Source: Stegostoma tigrinum (taxonomy: Eukaryota). Taken from it: a stretch of 64,000 nt of DNA. Location of the stretch: assembly GCF_030684315.1 (NCBI RefSeq), contig NC_081397.1, forward strand, positions 10,564,421 through 10,628,420, written 5' to 3'. This document shows, piece by piece, positions 36,010-51,397 of the stretch. Every line of letters starts with the position of its first letter. Positions within the stretch are counted from its first letter, which is position 1. The position numbers and the translations under genes are program-made. The notes beneath the pieces were generated by a model. That model had not been told where the DNA came from and did no database searches. It saw only the letters and a program-made list of their open reading frames with translations.

Positions 36010-36415
36010 TCAAAGTTAACGTTTCAGGCCTGGTACACTTCCTCAGTTCTGAACAAAAGCCACCAGATCTGGGAGGCATTGACTTCGTGGTCGTATCACT
36101 GCACTGTTAATGCAGAGACCAGACAACATTCTGGGGACATGGCTTCAATCACCGGCCCAGCAGATGGTGGAATTTGAATTAAAAAAAACATCTGGAATTA
36201 AGAATGTAATGATGACAATAAATCCATTGTCAGGAAAAAAAGAATGCATCTGGTTCACTCATGTCCTTGAGGGAATGAAACTGGCATTCTTAGCTGGTCT
36301 AGCCTACATGCGACTTGACTCCAGACCCACAGCAATGTGTTTGACTCTGAACTGCCCTCTGGGAAATTAGGGGCCGACAATAAATGCAAGCCTAGGCAGT
36401 GACACCCTGATACTG
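36010..36415 (+). mobile_element. tRNA-derived SINE (paralog of 4635-4967)
   Basis: Same sequence inside the duplicated segment. Confidence 0.6.
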
Positions 36416-39289
36416 TGAATGAACTTTTTTAAAAATGAGAAGAGGTTATTCTGAGGCAAAAGGGAGCATTTGCACAAACAACACATGGAAGAAGGTTTGT
36501 GCGAGACAGTTTGAAGATTTGGAACAAACATTGAAGGGCATAGTAAACTCCTGTAATAACAAACAGATGAACTAATGGCATTATGGTTCACATAAGTATG
36601 ACAGGATCAAAGACATTGATTAAATTACAGTTGTGATTGATTCCAATCTCATTAATGAAAGAATGTTGTCCCTTTCGGTGAACAGAGTTAGTTAAGGCAA
36701 GGGATACGAATCATCCCAGAAAGACTGTCAGCCTAGAATTTCATGAAAACAGCAGATAACACCATTATGCAGCAATTTGTTGTTTCTTTCAAATTATTCA
36801 TAGCGTTACGAAATACTTTTAGTTAAAGATTCTTCAGATCATTCTGTTGAAATATATAAATCTACGTACACAATAAAATACAAAGATCACTAAAAGCATT
36901 CGTGAAAAGCTTCAAATAGAGATGTCAATTAGTCTCCGGAGGCTTTCCTATATCACTAAAGGAATGCTTAGTGCACCTTGTAAGGTGAATAATTAGTTCA
37001 TGCCATTGCATAGTTACACCAACCATATGTGAAGTAGATAATGAGTTCAGATATGGACAGAAACATTCACATCAGTAACTGAGCAGGATTGTATTAATCG
37101 TGTTTGACCAACACATCTCTCAGGCAGAGCCAGAACAATTAAATAACGTGACTTTTAAATGCACACATCCTGTGTTAAAGCCTGACAGAGAATGCTTATT
37201 GAGTGCATGTGTTTTTTCGCTGTTGCACTCTCACCACACAAACACACTCTCAACACACACACACACAGTGATTTACAATGGGTTGCAAATACATACGCAA
37301 ACCTGACACGTGCAAAACATGTAACAGCCACTGCAAACCTCAGCACATGTAACATTCAAAATTATTTCTTCTCATGCATTTCATATCAGAGAGCTAGCTT
37401 CTCATGATAAGAGACAAATAGAACGGAATGTGAGCGATGAAATCCAATTCCCATGTATTTAAATCCATGGTAATTGCCGTGGTCATAAACTAAATATCAT
37501 TTGTTCACTCCATCAGAAGAAAAAAATTTGTTGAATTTTGTGACAAAATTCTCATGAACTGCTCATGAAACCAACAGGTACAAACTGATAACTGCACTCA
37601 GACATTCACATGGCAGATACTAACATGAACAGATTGATGACTAAACTCACATATCGACATTGCAGAAACAGACAGGGAGAGATGGCTGTGTGAATATATA
37701 AATGTCTTTATCAATCAGCCTCTGTCAGTTTTAGAAATTGAATTCAGTCAGGAACTGAATTAGATCTATGTTTATTCAGCATATTTTTCAAGTTACAATC
37801 CAGGTGATCACTCTGTTACATTGTTTCAACAGTCTTAGTAGATGTAGATGTAGATGTTTAATACAGATGTAGGAAATACTGCAGTCACCAACAGCCATGA
37901 GTCAACGAAATAAATGATGAATGATACTTAAGTTTAGTTTACCGATAATTGATCAGTACAGAATTGCTCCTTTGATAAATATTAATCCCATACATAAACA
38001 CAACAAATAAATGATGTGAATTCCAAATGCATTTTCAGTGTCAAAGCATGACAAATGGAAAAATCAAGGAACTGCAGATGATAGAAATCAGAGACAGAAG
38101 TAGAAATTGCTGCAAAAACTCAGCAGGTATGGCTGCACCTGTGAAGAGAAACGAGTGTGGTGAAGTTCAACCTCTGTTCTGAAGAAGTGTCACAGGATGT
38201 GTAATATTAACTTTGCTTTGTCTCTGTGTGGGTGGACTGACAGGCACAGGTACTGACTGATTCAGAATTAGTTCAAAACACAAACGCCATAACTACAGAT
38301 GTGATGCAAGGACGAATAGCTATGAAGTTCCATTTAAACTCCAGGTAACAGAAAATGATATATACAAAATGATTATCACTCACACAAACATAGTCATAGA
38401 CATCTGCAGCACCACAAAAAATCCTGCCACTCACTGAGTCTGCACTGGTGAGAAACAACCAGGCAACAATTCTACATCCATTCAGCCAGCATTCAATTTC
38501 CATAAACATATCATGGTGGCAGAGGAACTACCATCCCAACCTTTATCACCGGATAGTTGTCAATTTTGTCATCGAGCGGGAATAGATTTTTCTTTTATTC
38601 TGTGCTAAGCAAGAGGACTTTATAATCATGGACTTTTTTTTCAAATTAGCTTAAATGTTATTCAAATAGCCCTATGTTCCTCGTGACACTCCCTTTGAAG
38701 TATTACATCACACACACTAGAAAATTAGATGCCATTTTCTCAAATAAGGAACATAATAAAAAGCCATTCGTCAAAACAGTGGAGAAAGAAGGATTTGACC
38801 AAATCAGGTAGATAGTAAATATTCTCTCTTTTTTTGTTGGCCAGGAGAGTTCAGCAATGTTTATTCTTCTTTAGTTTGACTGTTGCAGTTTTTTCCACTG
38901 CGTGATAGAAGACAAAAATTCTGTCTTCTTCCTCCCCACACAACGAGGGTAATGTCTGAGCCACAAAATAAAATAGAAGTAAATAAGCCAATTTTCTTTC
39001 CTGCACAAGGAATATTGTGGTCAGTCAGCTGCGATGCAGTTGATTTGTTCATGGCAGTTTCCCTTTGGCTATAACATATTAAATTAATACCTTTACTTCA
39101 GTATTCTGAAATGTATGACACTATGCAATACGAAACAATACTCGTATCATTGTAAAGATGTCCCTTGATATCACCACTGCTGTTGAGACTCTGCAGTATA
39201 GCAGTTGCAAAGGTTCATTGCTTTTCCCTCCTCAACTCTGAAGAAAAGCACAGACTCATAACTATTGTAACTATTTGTAAGGGAAAATC

Positions 39290-40030
39290 AGGGCAGGACT
39301 GGCAGACTCCAGATAAGCTCCAGGGAAGCCAACCCAAATGGTCTTCGAGTGCAGGTTCATAGCTCCTTGCAATGGAATTACAGATAGACAGGTCAGTAAA
39401 GATGGTGTTTGATACACTTGCCTTTATTGATCCGTGCATTGAATGTGTGGTTTGGAAGGTCATGTTGTGAATGTACAGAACATTGGTTCAGTTTCTTCTG
39501 AGAAAATGCATTCGGGTCCAGTGTCCCCTTAAAATGGCAAGGGGTTTTTAAACTTGAAAGGGTTCAGAAAATGTTTAAAAGATTGTTGCCACGGTCAGAG
39601 ACTTTGGTGAAAGACGGTAGAGACAGGGCTTGTTTTCCATGGAGTGTGGGAGGCCGAGTGGTGACCTTCCAGAGGATTATAAAATTATGAGCAGCATGGA
39701 TAGGGTGAATAATCAAGTTCTTTTGCCCAGAGTAGAGGAATCCATAACTCGAGGGCATGGGTTTAAGTGGAGAGATTGAATGTTGAAGAGCAACCTAAGG
39801 TGGGCAACATTAGCTCGCAGCGAGTGGTGCATAACTGGATTGAACTGCCAAAGGACGTGGTGGAGGATACGACAATTACAACATTTAAATGGCTTCTGGA
39901 TGGGCGCAGGATGAGGAATGGTTCAGAGTGATATCGGCCAAATGCTGGTAAATGGGACTAGATTAATTTACGATATCTGATTATTATGGTCGATGTGGAC
40001 ACAAGAGTGCTGTACATCTCTATGACTGTA
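39290..40030 (+). mobile_element. degenerate CR1 3' fragment
   Basis: CR1 RT tail and 3' UTR; the distal part is shared with unit 1. Confidence 0.8.
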
Positions 40031-40592
40031 TGACAGGAACAGATTGTGAGAGAGTGATATTCATTCACACTGCATAAACAGACAGGGACGGATAGATAAC
40101 TGCACTCGCATTTTCACATAGGAGAGACTGACAGATATTGGACAAAACTATCCCTCAATAAGCCTGAATCTCTCAATGACACAAGTGTCCTGCGGAACTC
40201 AGAGAGAGATGAAACAAAATAATATTACACAGAGAGATTACTTTGAGCAGAACAAAACACACTGCCACAATTAAAATCTCTCAGATACTGTGTTCAAGAT
40301 ATCATTAACTGACAATAACCGGTTGATTTGCGAGTGAGCTCGGAGTTTGTTCCGTGTCCAGAATTTGGTTTGTGTCTCGCATTTCATTGAAGATCCTGAT
40401 AGATCCGCATTGTCTCCATAAACTAACCAATCACAGCGAGGCTGATGTCATGCTCCGACATTCTTTTTAACTGTCCAATCAAGAACAAGACTTATCCCTT
40501 ATCCCTCATTAGCATTGCTGACGCGGTAAGGCTATAAAAAGCGAGCTCCGAGGCCGTTTTCGCTTATTCTGTGTCTGAAAGTAACCGTGACG

Positions 40593-40973
40593 ATGGTGGA
40601 TGAGAAGAAAGCGCAGGCAACTTCCAAGAAGGGCGCCAAGAAAGTCATCAAGAAGGCGCCAGCGAAAGGCGGTAAGAAGAGGAGAAAGTCCAGGAAAGAA
40701 AGTTACGCCATCTATATCTACAAAGTGATGAAGCAGGTTCACCCCGACACCGGCATCTCTTCCAGGGCCATGAGTATCATGAACTCGTTCGTCAACGATA
40801 TTTTTGAGCGTATCGCGGGGGAGGCTTCCCGCTTGGCCCATTACAACAAGCGCAGCACCATCAGCTCCCGGGAGATCCAGACCGCGGTGCGGCTGCTGCT
40901 GCCCGGGGAGCTGGCCAAGCACGCCGTGTCGGAGGGTACAAAGGCGGTGACCAAGTACACCAGCTCCAAGTGA
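40593..40973 (+). CDS. H2B: histone H2B (126 aa)
   Basis: [14 protein letters not shown]...TKYTSSK. Promoter has CCAAT, ATTAGCAT (40508) and TATA. Stem-loop at 41014-41029. Confidence 0.98.
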   Translation: MVDEKKAQATSKKGAKKVIKKAPAKGGKKRRKSRKESYAIYIYKVMKQVHPDTGISSRAMSIMNSFVNDIFERIAGEASRLAHYNKRSTISSREIQTAVRLLLPGELAKHAVSEGTKAVTKYTSSK

Positions 40974-42069
40974 GACACCACATTGTGCTGAAAAAACACA
41001 TCCAAAACCCAACGGCTCTTTTCAGAGCCACCCACAACTTCGCTGAAACAGCTGAACCAATTTTCTGCAAATGATTTTCGGTATGTATTAGTAATGTCAG
41101 TCGGCTTTTTAAAAATAACGTAATTGTTTTAGAACTCGATGTGTCGTCCCTCATCTGCCCTTTATTTTAGGTTGCAGCCATACCCTGTCTCGTTTCCCTG
41201 TATCTGCAAAGAGCATAATTATCGCCAATGAATCATTTATCAACAACTTCCATTTTTTTTTCCAAGTTCCTCTTTCACACTTGATGACCCCGGGAAACAA
41301 AGTTAACATCGAATCCCATGAATAGATTTTACAATCTACTTGCTGTTCTGTTAATTTTACAATGAACCGAGATAAAGCCAGAGCAGCTGCCGAATTGCGA
41401 TAGCAAGTGTGAAATTGTGCCTGACGACTGGTCAAGGACAACAGGGGAGGGCAACTTCAAGCTGTTGTTTAAAGTGTGAACGCGTTCACCCAAAAGGACA
41501 TTGTGCGAGGTTTAATCAATATTCGGTGTGCACTTGAAAAGTGAAATAAAAATATGCGCAGAATGCGGTGCTTTTTTTTGCTATTTCCGCTTGTTGCTAA
41601 ATTCAGAAAATTCTATTCAAGTGCAGAAATGGACAGATTCGAGTAGAAGAGAGAATGCAATACAGAAAAATTGTGTAAAGTATTCATTTGCAATGTCAGT
41701 GTGAGTGAGCTTATACAGGATTAAATTATTCACTCCTTTTCCTCTTTTGTGGGTTTGAGCATTTTTCAAACTAATCGCAGTGGGTTCTGAACCCTGAAAT
41801 CCCCCTGCAATTTAATTGCAATTCAATTCCAAATCTCAGCGGGATTTGTGATTTTTGTTTTTTTCAAAATGCAGTATGTGGTACTTTCTGCTGTCGGTGC
41901 GAGAATTTCAAAGTGATTCTTAACGAAACTAGAATAGCTCCCGGACTCGCATCTGCAATGTGGAACTATTGTAGAAGTCCAGTCGAGTGCAATAGGAAAG
42001 GCGATTTTAAAAATATTGTCCAAAGCATTAATACGCTCACCTGAAAAAAGGAGTATTTTATCAATATCA

Positions 42070-42293
42070 GTGATAATGGGAACTGCAGATGCTGGAGAAT
42101 CCAAGGTAATAAAATGTGAAACTGGATGAACACAGCAGGCCCAGCAGCATCTCAGGAGCACAAAAGCTGACGTTTCGGGCCTAGACCCTTCAGCAGAGAG
42201 CTCTCTGAAGGGTCTAGGCCCGTAACGTCAGCTTTTGTGCTCCTGAGATGCTGCTGGGCCTGCTGTGTTCATCCAGCCTCACATTTTATTATC
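42070..42293. mobile_element. hairpin of two head-to-head PLE terminal repeats with 14-bp TSD
   Basis: Arms of ~90 bp centred on gagagctctc. TSD ttttatcaatatca at 42056-42069 and 42294-42307. Confidence 0.9.
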
Positions 42294-43293
42294 TTTTATC
42301 AATATCACCGGGTGCTGATGTGAAATAGTATCTATGCAGGGAACGGATTTTGGCAGGTTTGTTTTTTGCTTCCGTTTATTCGTAAAGTTCGAGCAAACAA
42401 TCCTTTCAAGAACATAAATACAGATGTATGGAGGCTAGGGAATGACTGAGATTGAGTGAAGCATGTCGGTGTAATCTAAAAGTAAATTACTTCAAATACT
42501 TTTGCATTTTTCTTTGTTTGACTTCTTACTGTTTTGTACATATTGGCGGGCTTTTCGAGTTTGAAAGAAAGCGGTTGATGATTTGGCGCCGGCATTTTCC
42601 TCCGGTTTCCACGCAGAGGAATTTTGTTTTATTTTCAAATCTCCCCGCGGTTTTGCAGAAAGCTCATAAATGAGGCTTTCTGCTGTCGGTGGGAAAATTT
42701 CAAAGTGAACCGAGATGAAAGCAGAACAGCTGGCGGACTGGCATCGCAAAAGTAGAAATATTGTTGATCCCGTGCAATAGGGAGCGCGATTGTCAATATT
42801 GTTTAAAACGGTAATGCGCTCAACGGGAAAGAAATAGCTGTGCGATGCTTTTATCAATGTATCCGGGTGCTGATGTGAAATAAAATGAATCTGTTCAGAG
42901 AGTAACTTACGCCGGGCTCTTTTTCTGCCATCTGTTTATTCTTAAGGATCAGGGTAAAAAGCAAAATCATAATCACATCGATTCACTTAGGCCTGGGAAT
43001 CAGAGAGAGATTGTATGAAATATACAGTTGTATTCTAAAAGTAAATTATCTGGAATATGAACGCATTCTTCTTCGTAAAACTTCTTCCCGTTTTGAAACT
43101 ATTGGCGGGCTTTTCGAGTTTGAAAGAAAGCGGTTGATGATTTGGCGCCGGGATTTTCCGGCCTCCTCCCCGGGCCCTCTCCGGATTGGTGAGGGAAGCA
43201 GATATCTGATTGGGCATTGAAACGACATTAGGAGATACTGAACAATGTGACCAATCAGCAATGGCCGCACCCCCATTCCTCCCGAAGGTATAA

Positions 43294-43746
<453 letters not shown>

Positions 43747-45426
43747 AGGGGCCGTTCTGTAACCTGACAACCCAAAGGCTCTTTTGAGAGCCACCCACAA
43801 CATCAATGAAAAGCAGTTAGACTGTCACTGCTGGTTGGTTATTTTTCCTTTTCTGTGAAGTCTGGGGACTGTGTAAATGAAATTGCGATAATTAAACTTT
43901 CCTTTTTTATTTTAGATTTCTTAAAAAATATTTTTTTCTCAGACTTTTATATTGGTTCAATCTCTGGAAAAGCTTCACCAGTCTGGCAAAATTTGTGGAA
44001 GTGAAAACAGGTCACGTTTAGGGTCCGCTCACCGTCACTGAGGGCCTTATCTGGTCAAGATAAAACAAGAACAGCTGTCGCCCTGGAATAGTAAACGTGG
44101 AGTTTTAGCTGTAAGGGACTGCGGCATTAAATAATCAAAATGCTGTCCCCATTGTTCCGTCAGGGAACAACACCGTTGAGTACCTGCACAGGAGAAAAAT
44201 GGCAAATCGATTCTGTACCGACCAAGGGGATCAACCGACAAACACGAGCGGGGACCGGGCCAAAAGGGAGATTGTGTGACCTAAACTTATAAATCCTTTG
44301 TATGTTTTGGCGGGCTTTTCAAATTTAAAAGCAATAATTGTTGAAGGCTGATTGACAAACTCATTTGCAGTTAACCGATTTGAAATAATCCGCTGATTTC
44401 ACCCTGAGAGTGAATAAATATTAAAACGTAAAACACCATTCGTCTGCAACTTGTATTGTGCCGAATACGTTATAGAATTTTCTTTGTAACAGAGATTGCA
44501 GTCTGCGCGGCCAGCACTTTGGATCATTGCCTGAAACAGGCAGGAGCAAAGCGCGGGGTTTGATGCAGTCCAGCGAAACTGATCAACCGAACGTGAAACC
44601 GTGGTTAATCTAAACAACATGCCGATTTAAACATCTTAAAAGCTAGCACAGTATGCGACGGTAAAAATACAAAATGTCACTTTATCGGTACTTTTTTAAA
44701 ATTACACCCAGACCATAATTAGCCCGCACACAACTTGCAATTGCTGCCAGTCCTGTCGGTAACAGGCAGATAGAAAGAATACGGCACGAAAACAGCGGCA
44801 CGGCTGTGAGAGTGAAAACTGAACAACAAATCATTCCTGGAAGGGTCAATGAAGTACAAATACTGTGAAATGTATCATTCGCCTCTGGGTCCCAAAACTC
44901 ATGGAAGAACACATTATTATTCATGGTGTTAACAACTAACTACACATACTGGTATTGTTACCGAGACAGAGAGGTGTTCGTAAGAAAAAGGGTCTAAGGT
45001 CAAGGGGAGAAGGCACATCAGGGTTGAGAAACCAATCAGCCATGATCGAATGACAGAGCCGACTTCTGTATCTTAGTCGCAATGTGATATAATCAGCAGC
45101 AATATCAGTGTATTCTCGAACGGCTGAAAAGCCTCTATCTGCACTGAAGGGATATTTTAAATGTAAAACATTCGTTATAGGAGACAGCAACGAAGTGAAT
45201 GCTCCGCTCTACCTGTTTTCACTCCTGTAGCGCTGAGCGTGAACTTTATGTATTGTCTTTAAAGAGTGATCCAAAATCAAATATCTCGAAATGAAATAAC
45301 CAGCTGCAGTACACTGTCCACTCCCTATGTGCTGCCTTTTCCCATCCTCGGGTCTCCGCTCTCAATCGGAGGGTTTGGGTGGCTCTGAAAAGAGCCTTTG
45401 GGTTCGCTGGAAAAGGGACGAGTTGT

Positions 45427-45747
<321 letters not shown>

Positions 45748-46014
45748 TCACTCCAATCGCTGCGGAATCAGACCCGAGCTGCCTCACCTTCCTTTTTTAT
45801 ACAGCCCGCCCCGACCTGACTGAGAAAGGGCTGACAGAGAGTGAGAGGCGGCCCGGGCAGGAAACTGAGTGACAGACAGAGAAATGTCCAGCTCCGCCTC
45901 CAGAATACTGCCGCCCCCAACTGGATCTGGAACTAAACCTTTTCTCCACAAGGGCAGTGAACACAAGGCCCGGCAGAAAACCTGCAGAATCAAGTTTCAC
46001 GATGAAAGATAGTA

Positions 46015-46106
46015 AAAAGGCGGTGAGCAAGAACACCAGCTCCAAGTGAGACACCACATTCTGCTGAGAAAAACACATCCAAAACCCAAAGGCTCTTCTA
46101 AGAGCC
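46015..46106 (+). pseudogene. H2B: H2B 3' remnant with stem-loop
   Basis: KAVSKNTSSK*, then the H2B 3' UTR and GGCTCTTCTAAGAGCC at 46091-46106. Confidence 0.85.
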
Positions 46107-46162
46107 ACCCACAACTTCATTGAAAGAAGCTGAGCCATTGTCTCTATTACTGGTTTGCTTGA

Positions 46163-46508
<346 letters not shown>

Positions 46509-46804
46509 ACCCACAACATCAGTGAAAGAAACTGGACCCTCACCACAGCCGAGTTAATTTTAATGTCCTCTGTATTACTGGGAGACTGGTAACACAATAC
46601 TCACCCTGCCATTATTGTTAGTGTTATTGAGCTATAATCCGCCCGGACGGAATGTATCCATGAGGTAGTTTCCTGTAATTGTATTGGAAAGATCTGACAC
46701 TGTTAGAGGAATAGCAACAAGTTTAGAAATCGGGTAATAATAACCCCGGAAGCCGTAAAGCAATTCAGTATCCCTTGACATGATGCATTCGACCAGATAA
46801 AACT

Positions 46805-46890
46805 ATCTGTGGTACGGTAGCCCTTCCGCCTGTGCTGTTTTTCCTCTTCTCGGGTCTCCGTTCTCAATGTAAGGTTGTGGTGGCTCTGAA
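46805..46890 (-). pseudogene. orphan histone 3' flank (HDE plus half stem-loop)
   Basis: tgtgctg...cgggtctccgttctcaa...ggtggctctgaa matches the H4 3' flank at 22240-22306. Confidence 0.65.
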
Positions 46891-47429
46891 GGGGGAATGG
46901 AGGCTGCCCGTTTACCACTTAAGCAGTTGTTGACTGCTGTATTTTGTGTTGAATGTTTGATTTTTAAAGATTTGAGATTGTTCAATTTGTTTTATTTCAA
47001 CATTGTTTTTTTTGATGAATAAGCTGAAACGAGTATTTAAAACAAACGAGCATCTAATCGATGGTTCTGGCGATTCCATTCTAGGATGACTGATACCAAT
47101 GCTTATGGGTAGAATTTAATCGAGTGGATTGCCGTGGTTTATATATAGGATACTAAATATGAGTGTGAATGACAGGCTTCGATATCCTTTTGCAATTTAA
47201 TGCTACACTGTTTGAAATGCTCCCTAGGGGGCACTGTATCATATCACATACAATCACGAGGAAATAGTCAATGTGAGACCTGCACCCAACGGTGAGATGG
47301 GAGTGAATGAATCCACCCAAGAGCTTTATTTCATTTGCAATTCTCTTTTATTTTTATATTTAGACAATTGAGATTTGAAAGTCGTAACAATTTAGTATGG
47401 AATTGGAGAAACTGTTAATTTGTTGAATG

Positions 47430-48262
47430 AACTCAAATGAGTGGCAGATGGAGTTTTCATCAAATAATTGTGAGGTGCTTTTTTTTCAGAAAGCCAAATC
47501 AGGTCAGAACTTGCACACCATGATGGGGAATGTTCCTGAACAAAGAGGCGTTGTAGTGCAGATTAATAGTTCCTTGAAAGTGGAGTTGGAAGTAGATGGG
47601 ATAGTGAAGAAGGTATTTGGTACGCCTGTCTGTATTGGTCAGTGCATGGAGTATGGGAGTTGGGAGGTCATGTTGCATCTGGACAGGACATCTGTTTGGC
47701 CACTCTTGCAATACTGTGTGTAATTCTGGTCTCCCTGCTACACAAAGGATGTTGTGAAACGAGAAATGGCTCAGAAAAGATTGACAAGGATGTTGCCAGG
47801 GTTGAGGATTTGAGCTGTTCGGAGAGGTTGAATAGGTTGGGGCTATTGTTTCGTTCAACCCTGGAACCTCGGCAGCTGAAGTGACCTTCTCTAGAGGTTT
47901 AGAAAATCATGAGGGAGATGGATATGGTGAGTATCAAGGTCTTTTCCCTCGGGTGGCAAAATCCAAAAACTGGGGCTGGTGGGGGTACAGTTTTAAGGTG
48001 TGAGGTGGTTAATAAGTGACCAAGATGCAACCTTTTTCAGGGGATCGTGCATGCCTGGAATGAGCTGCCAGAGGAGGTTGTGGAGGCCGGTACAATTACT
48101 GTATTTCAAAAGCATCTGAAAGTGTATATGAATAAGGAAGGGTTTAGAGGAATAAAGGTCAAATTCTGGTAAATGGGACGAGATTAAATTAGGTGGTCTG
48201 GACCAACTCGTCCATGTTGACCAAAGGGCCTGTTTCCAAGCTGTAAAATGCTATGACTATGA
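47430..48262 (+). mobile_element. degenerate CR1 3' fragment
   Basis: EWQMEFSSNNCEVL...WPLLQYCV plus a CR1 3' UTR. Confidence 0.85.
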
Positions 48263-49859
48263 CAAACAAGTAAATGCAGTGGCTGATCTGACATGTAAGC
48301 TTTTCTGTATATTCGTGTGAAGCACAGAAGCAAGTTATGGGAACAGCATTCTTCATCATACAACTCCCCCTATTTTTGTGCCAAACAAACTAACATTTGC
48401 TAAAATGCAAGAATGAATAAAACAGTTCTTAACATGCCTTCCCTGAAAAGACAGAACTCCAGCCTTATTTTTCACATACGTAAGATTCAGTTTAACGTAA
48501 ATTAAGCCAGAACTTTCACTGCCCCTGCACCCATTTCACATCCCACCCATTGGTTTGTTGTCCATTTTATCAGAATCCCTGCATCCTTCTGAAGTTGGCT
48601 CCGTTTCTTTTCCTTGTTTACACCATAGCAGTTTTAGCAATCTCAAAACTCATGCTATGATCTGGGATCCTGTGCACAGTCAGATATTCAAAACAAAAAC
48701 TGACTTTATCCCTGCACCATCAATACATTTGTCCCTCACATGGCCATTTCAGCTCTCCCATCATAATTCTGACAACAACTGGAATAGAGTTACATTTAAA
48801 TAGGGGAGATTATATCAGGGAAAGCTTTGTCTGAATAAATACTTGAAGCATATCCAGGTTAGGTCAGTTAAACCATTGTTATTCTGGGAATGTGCATTGT
48901 GTATTTTACAAATGTTGCATAAATTAACAAGTGATCACTGACCCGATGCACACCTTATTCTCAGATGCATTCACATGCATCCCATTTTCCCTGCATCTCC
49001 AGAGAAAGGGCAAATTACACACCAGAGTGTCATTTTTCAGCTACTTCTGTGTGTTTAAGTTCCTTTTTAATACTCCATTAGTGCAGGAGATTCAAACCCT
49101 GGTGGAATACGAACCCTGAGTTTCACACCCAGCAAACAAGTGTCCCATCCCTTGTCAGCAAGTAAAAGAAAATTGTTTCCCTCCAAGTTCTGCAAATAGA
49201 TTTTATATGTTTCTCTTTTTAAAATTAATTTTGTAACTCTCTGCAGGGGTTCTGCCTGGTGGTAGAATGCTGGAAATGAGGCTTTCTACTGTCAGTGAGA
49301 GGCTTTCAAATTGAACCGAGATACACCAAAACAGCTGCTGGACTTTTCACACCAGCAAAAACATGATGTGACCAGGGCAATAACAACATGAAAAACGTGA
49401 CAGGAAGTAGGGATTAAATTAAAATGGAGTTGGAGGGCTGTTTGAGCTTCATTCACTTTGAAAGTTGCTCTCTGGGAGAGGGAGGGATTTCTTCTGTAAA
49501 TATCCACCTTTAGTCTGGTACGCAAGCGAGACTTTCACTCTGCTTCTGACAGTCTTTGCTCCTGTGAGTAAATATGGGGTAAATTATTGAACAACTAGAG
49601 TATCAGGTGGAATTGAATTTCATTTATTATTTTATACCGGATGACACTTTATTTCCACATCTTCTGGTACATTGGGTGACAGTTTAATTGTGTGTCTGAC
49701 TATCTCCAAGTGAGATACTCTTTTATTTTGGTTGACATGGTGGTCAGTCATGTGACGCTGCAGAGATTCTTCAGCAAAATCAAAAAAGACAAATTGTAAT
49801 TACGCAAGACAAAAACAGAGAGAAAAACAATGTTCCTCAACAATAACAATATTTCTCAA

Positions 49860-50490
49860 CAGCACCAGTTGGTCCCTTGAGCCTGCTCTGCCATTGTACA
49901 GAATCAGGGCTGATCTGACATTCTTCATGGCTGCTTTCCTGTGATTTTCCCATAATTCTTCATCAAGAATCTACATCAGCCTTCATTTTAGACTAGGCCC
50001 GACTTTGCCTCCCTGTTCTGTGGCAACAAGTTCCACAGGCTCCCAACGCTCCACAGAAGAAATTCCTCCTCATCTGTCTTAAATTGGTGGTGGCCCTATA
50101 TTCTGAGACAATGCACTTTGGACAGAGATTCTTCCAGCAAGTGAAAAATCCTCTCAACATTTACCCTTTCAAGCCTAATTTAATACGTTTCATCACTTCT
50201 CATTCTTCTGAACTCCAGTGAGTAGACTCCCACAAAGTTTAGCCTTTGCTCACATGACAGTCCCTCCATACAAAGGAATATCCTGGAGAACATTCTCTGA
50301 ACCACCTCCAATGAAATAATACCTTTCCTTCCATAAGGGGGCCAAAATTATTCCCAGCATTCGAGATGTGGTCTCACCAGCACCTTGGACAGTTGCAGGA
50401 AGACATCCCAACTTTATTTCAAGAAAATTGGAGATTTAAAGTGCCATTGTTCCACAAGCCTTCCTGATTACCTGCTGCAACTGTGTGCCC
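49860..50490 (-). mobile_element. degenerate CR1 3' fragment
   Basis: Similar to 30990-31660. Confidence 0.65.
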
Positions 50491-51397
50491 GTATTTATTT
50501 ACACAGGTTTAAATCCAGAGAAATTACATCAAATATTAAATCTCTAAATTATATCTGAACAGGTTTGGCCCAAACACATCCTGTGAACTATGGAATTTTC
50601 TTTCAGGAATACTCTCAAATTTCAGAGAATAAACATTTTCCGCTTCTAATACCATCACAGCTCAAACCAAACCCTCCTCAGAAGTTCTACTCAGGTAACT
50701 TTTTGTTCTTTTGTTTCCACTGAATTATTCTGAGCTCTCTATAGTAGACAGACTAAACTTGATTCTGATCTTAGTCCTATCTCCAAACTAAACAAAATAC
50801 CTTCTAACCCTGGGTTTATAAAGAAAAATCAATCCTTGATTACTCTGAACTGAAAACAAGATAATGTCCTTTGATGTTTGCTCATCCATTGCAAATCAAC
50901 AAGAGTCTAAACAATTTCCCATTCACTCCACATGGGGCTCCACAGCCACTTGCATTCTGAGCAGTGCTGGAGGAAGGTCACTGTTTCACAAGGATTCACA
51001 CTTTTTCTTTCAAAGAAAACTTTCAGAAAATGAACCAAATTCAGTGTCACTATTATAAAAGCCAACTTCCAAACTGAAATTTATATAAATTATACATCCT
51101 TCATCACGGCAGTTACTCAGGATCTCACTGACATTTCAGCAGTTTCCATAACTCAATGAATCCCTTCCCTGACACAGAGAAAGTGAACAGCCTCTCCCCA
51201 GTGTGAACTGTCCACAAGGTGGCAGATTCAGTGAATCCCCTCACTCAGCTTCTCCACAGACAATCTGCTGATGTACAGTCATTTATCTGAACTGACTCAA
51301 CACTGTCCTACAGTGGGAACAGGTAAACACTCTCTCATCAGTGTGAATTCACCCACGTGTCATCAAGCTGGATGTGTCAAAAAATCCCCCTCCCACA

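Larger units (their letters stand above)
30138..39270 (+). repeat. segmental duplication copy A' (CR1-interrupted)
   Basis: Inverted paralog of 1780-6672. Confidence 0.95.

Noticed and set aside
37911-37960. ATGATGA box C-like motif suggesting an intronic C/D snoRNA
   Set aside because: CTGA is only ~35 nt away in copy A and is mutated in A'; no terminal stem.
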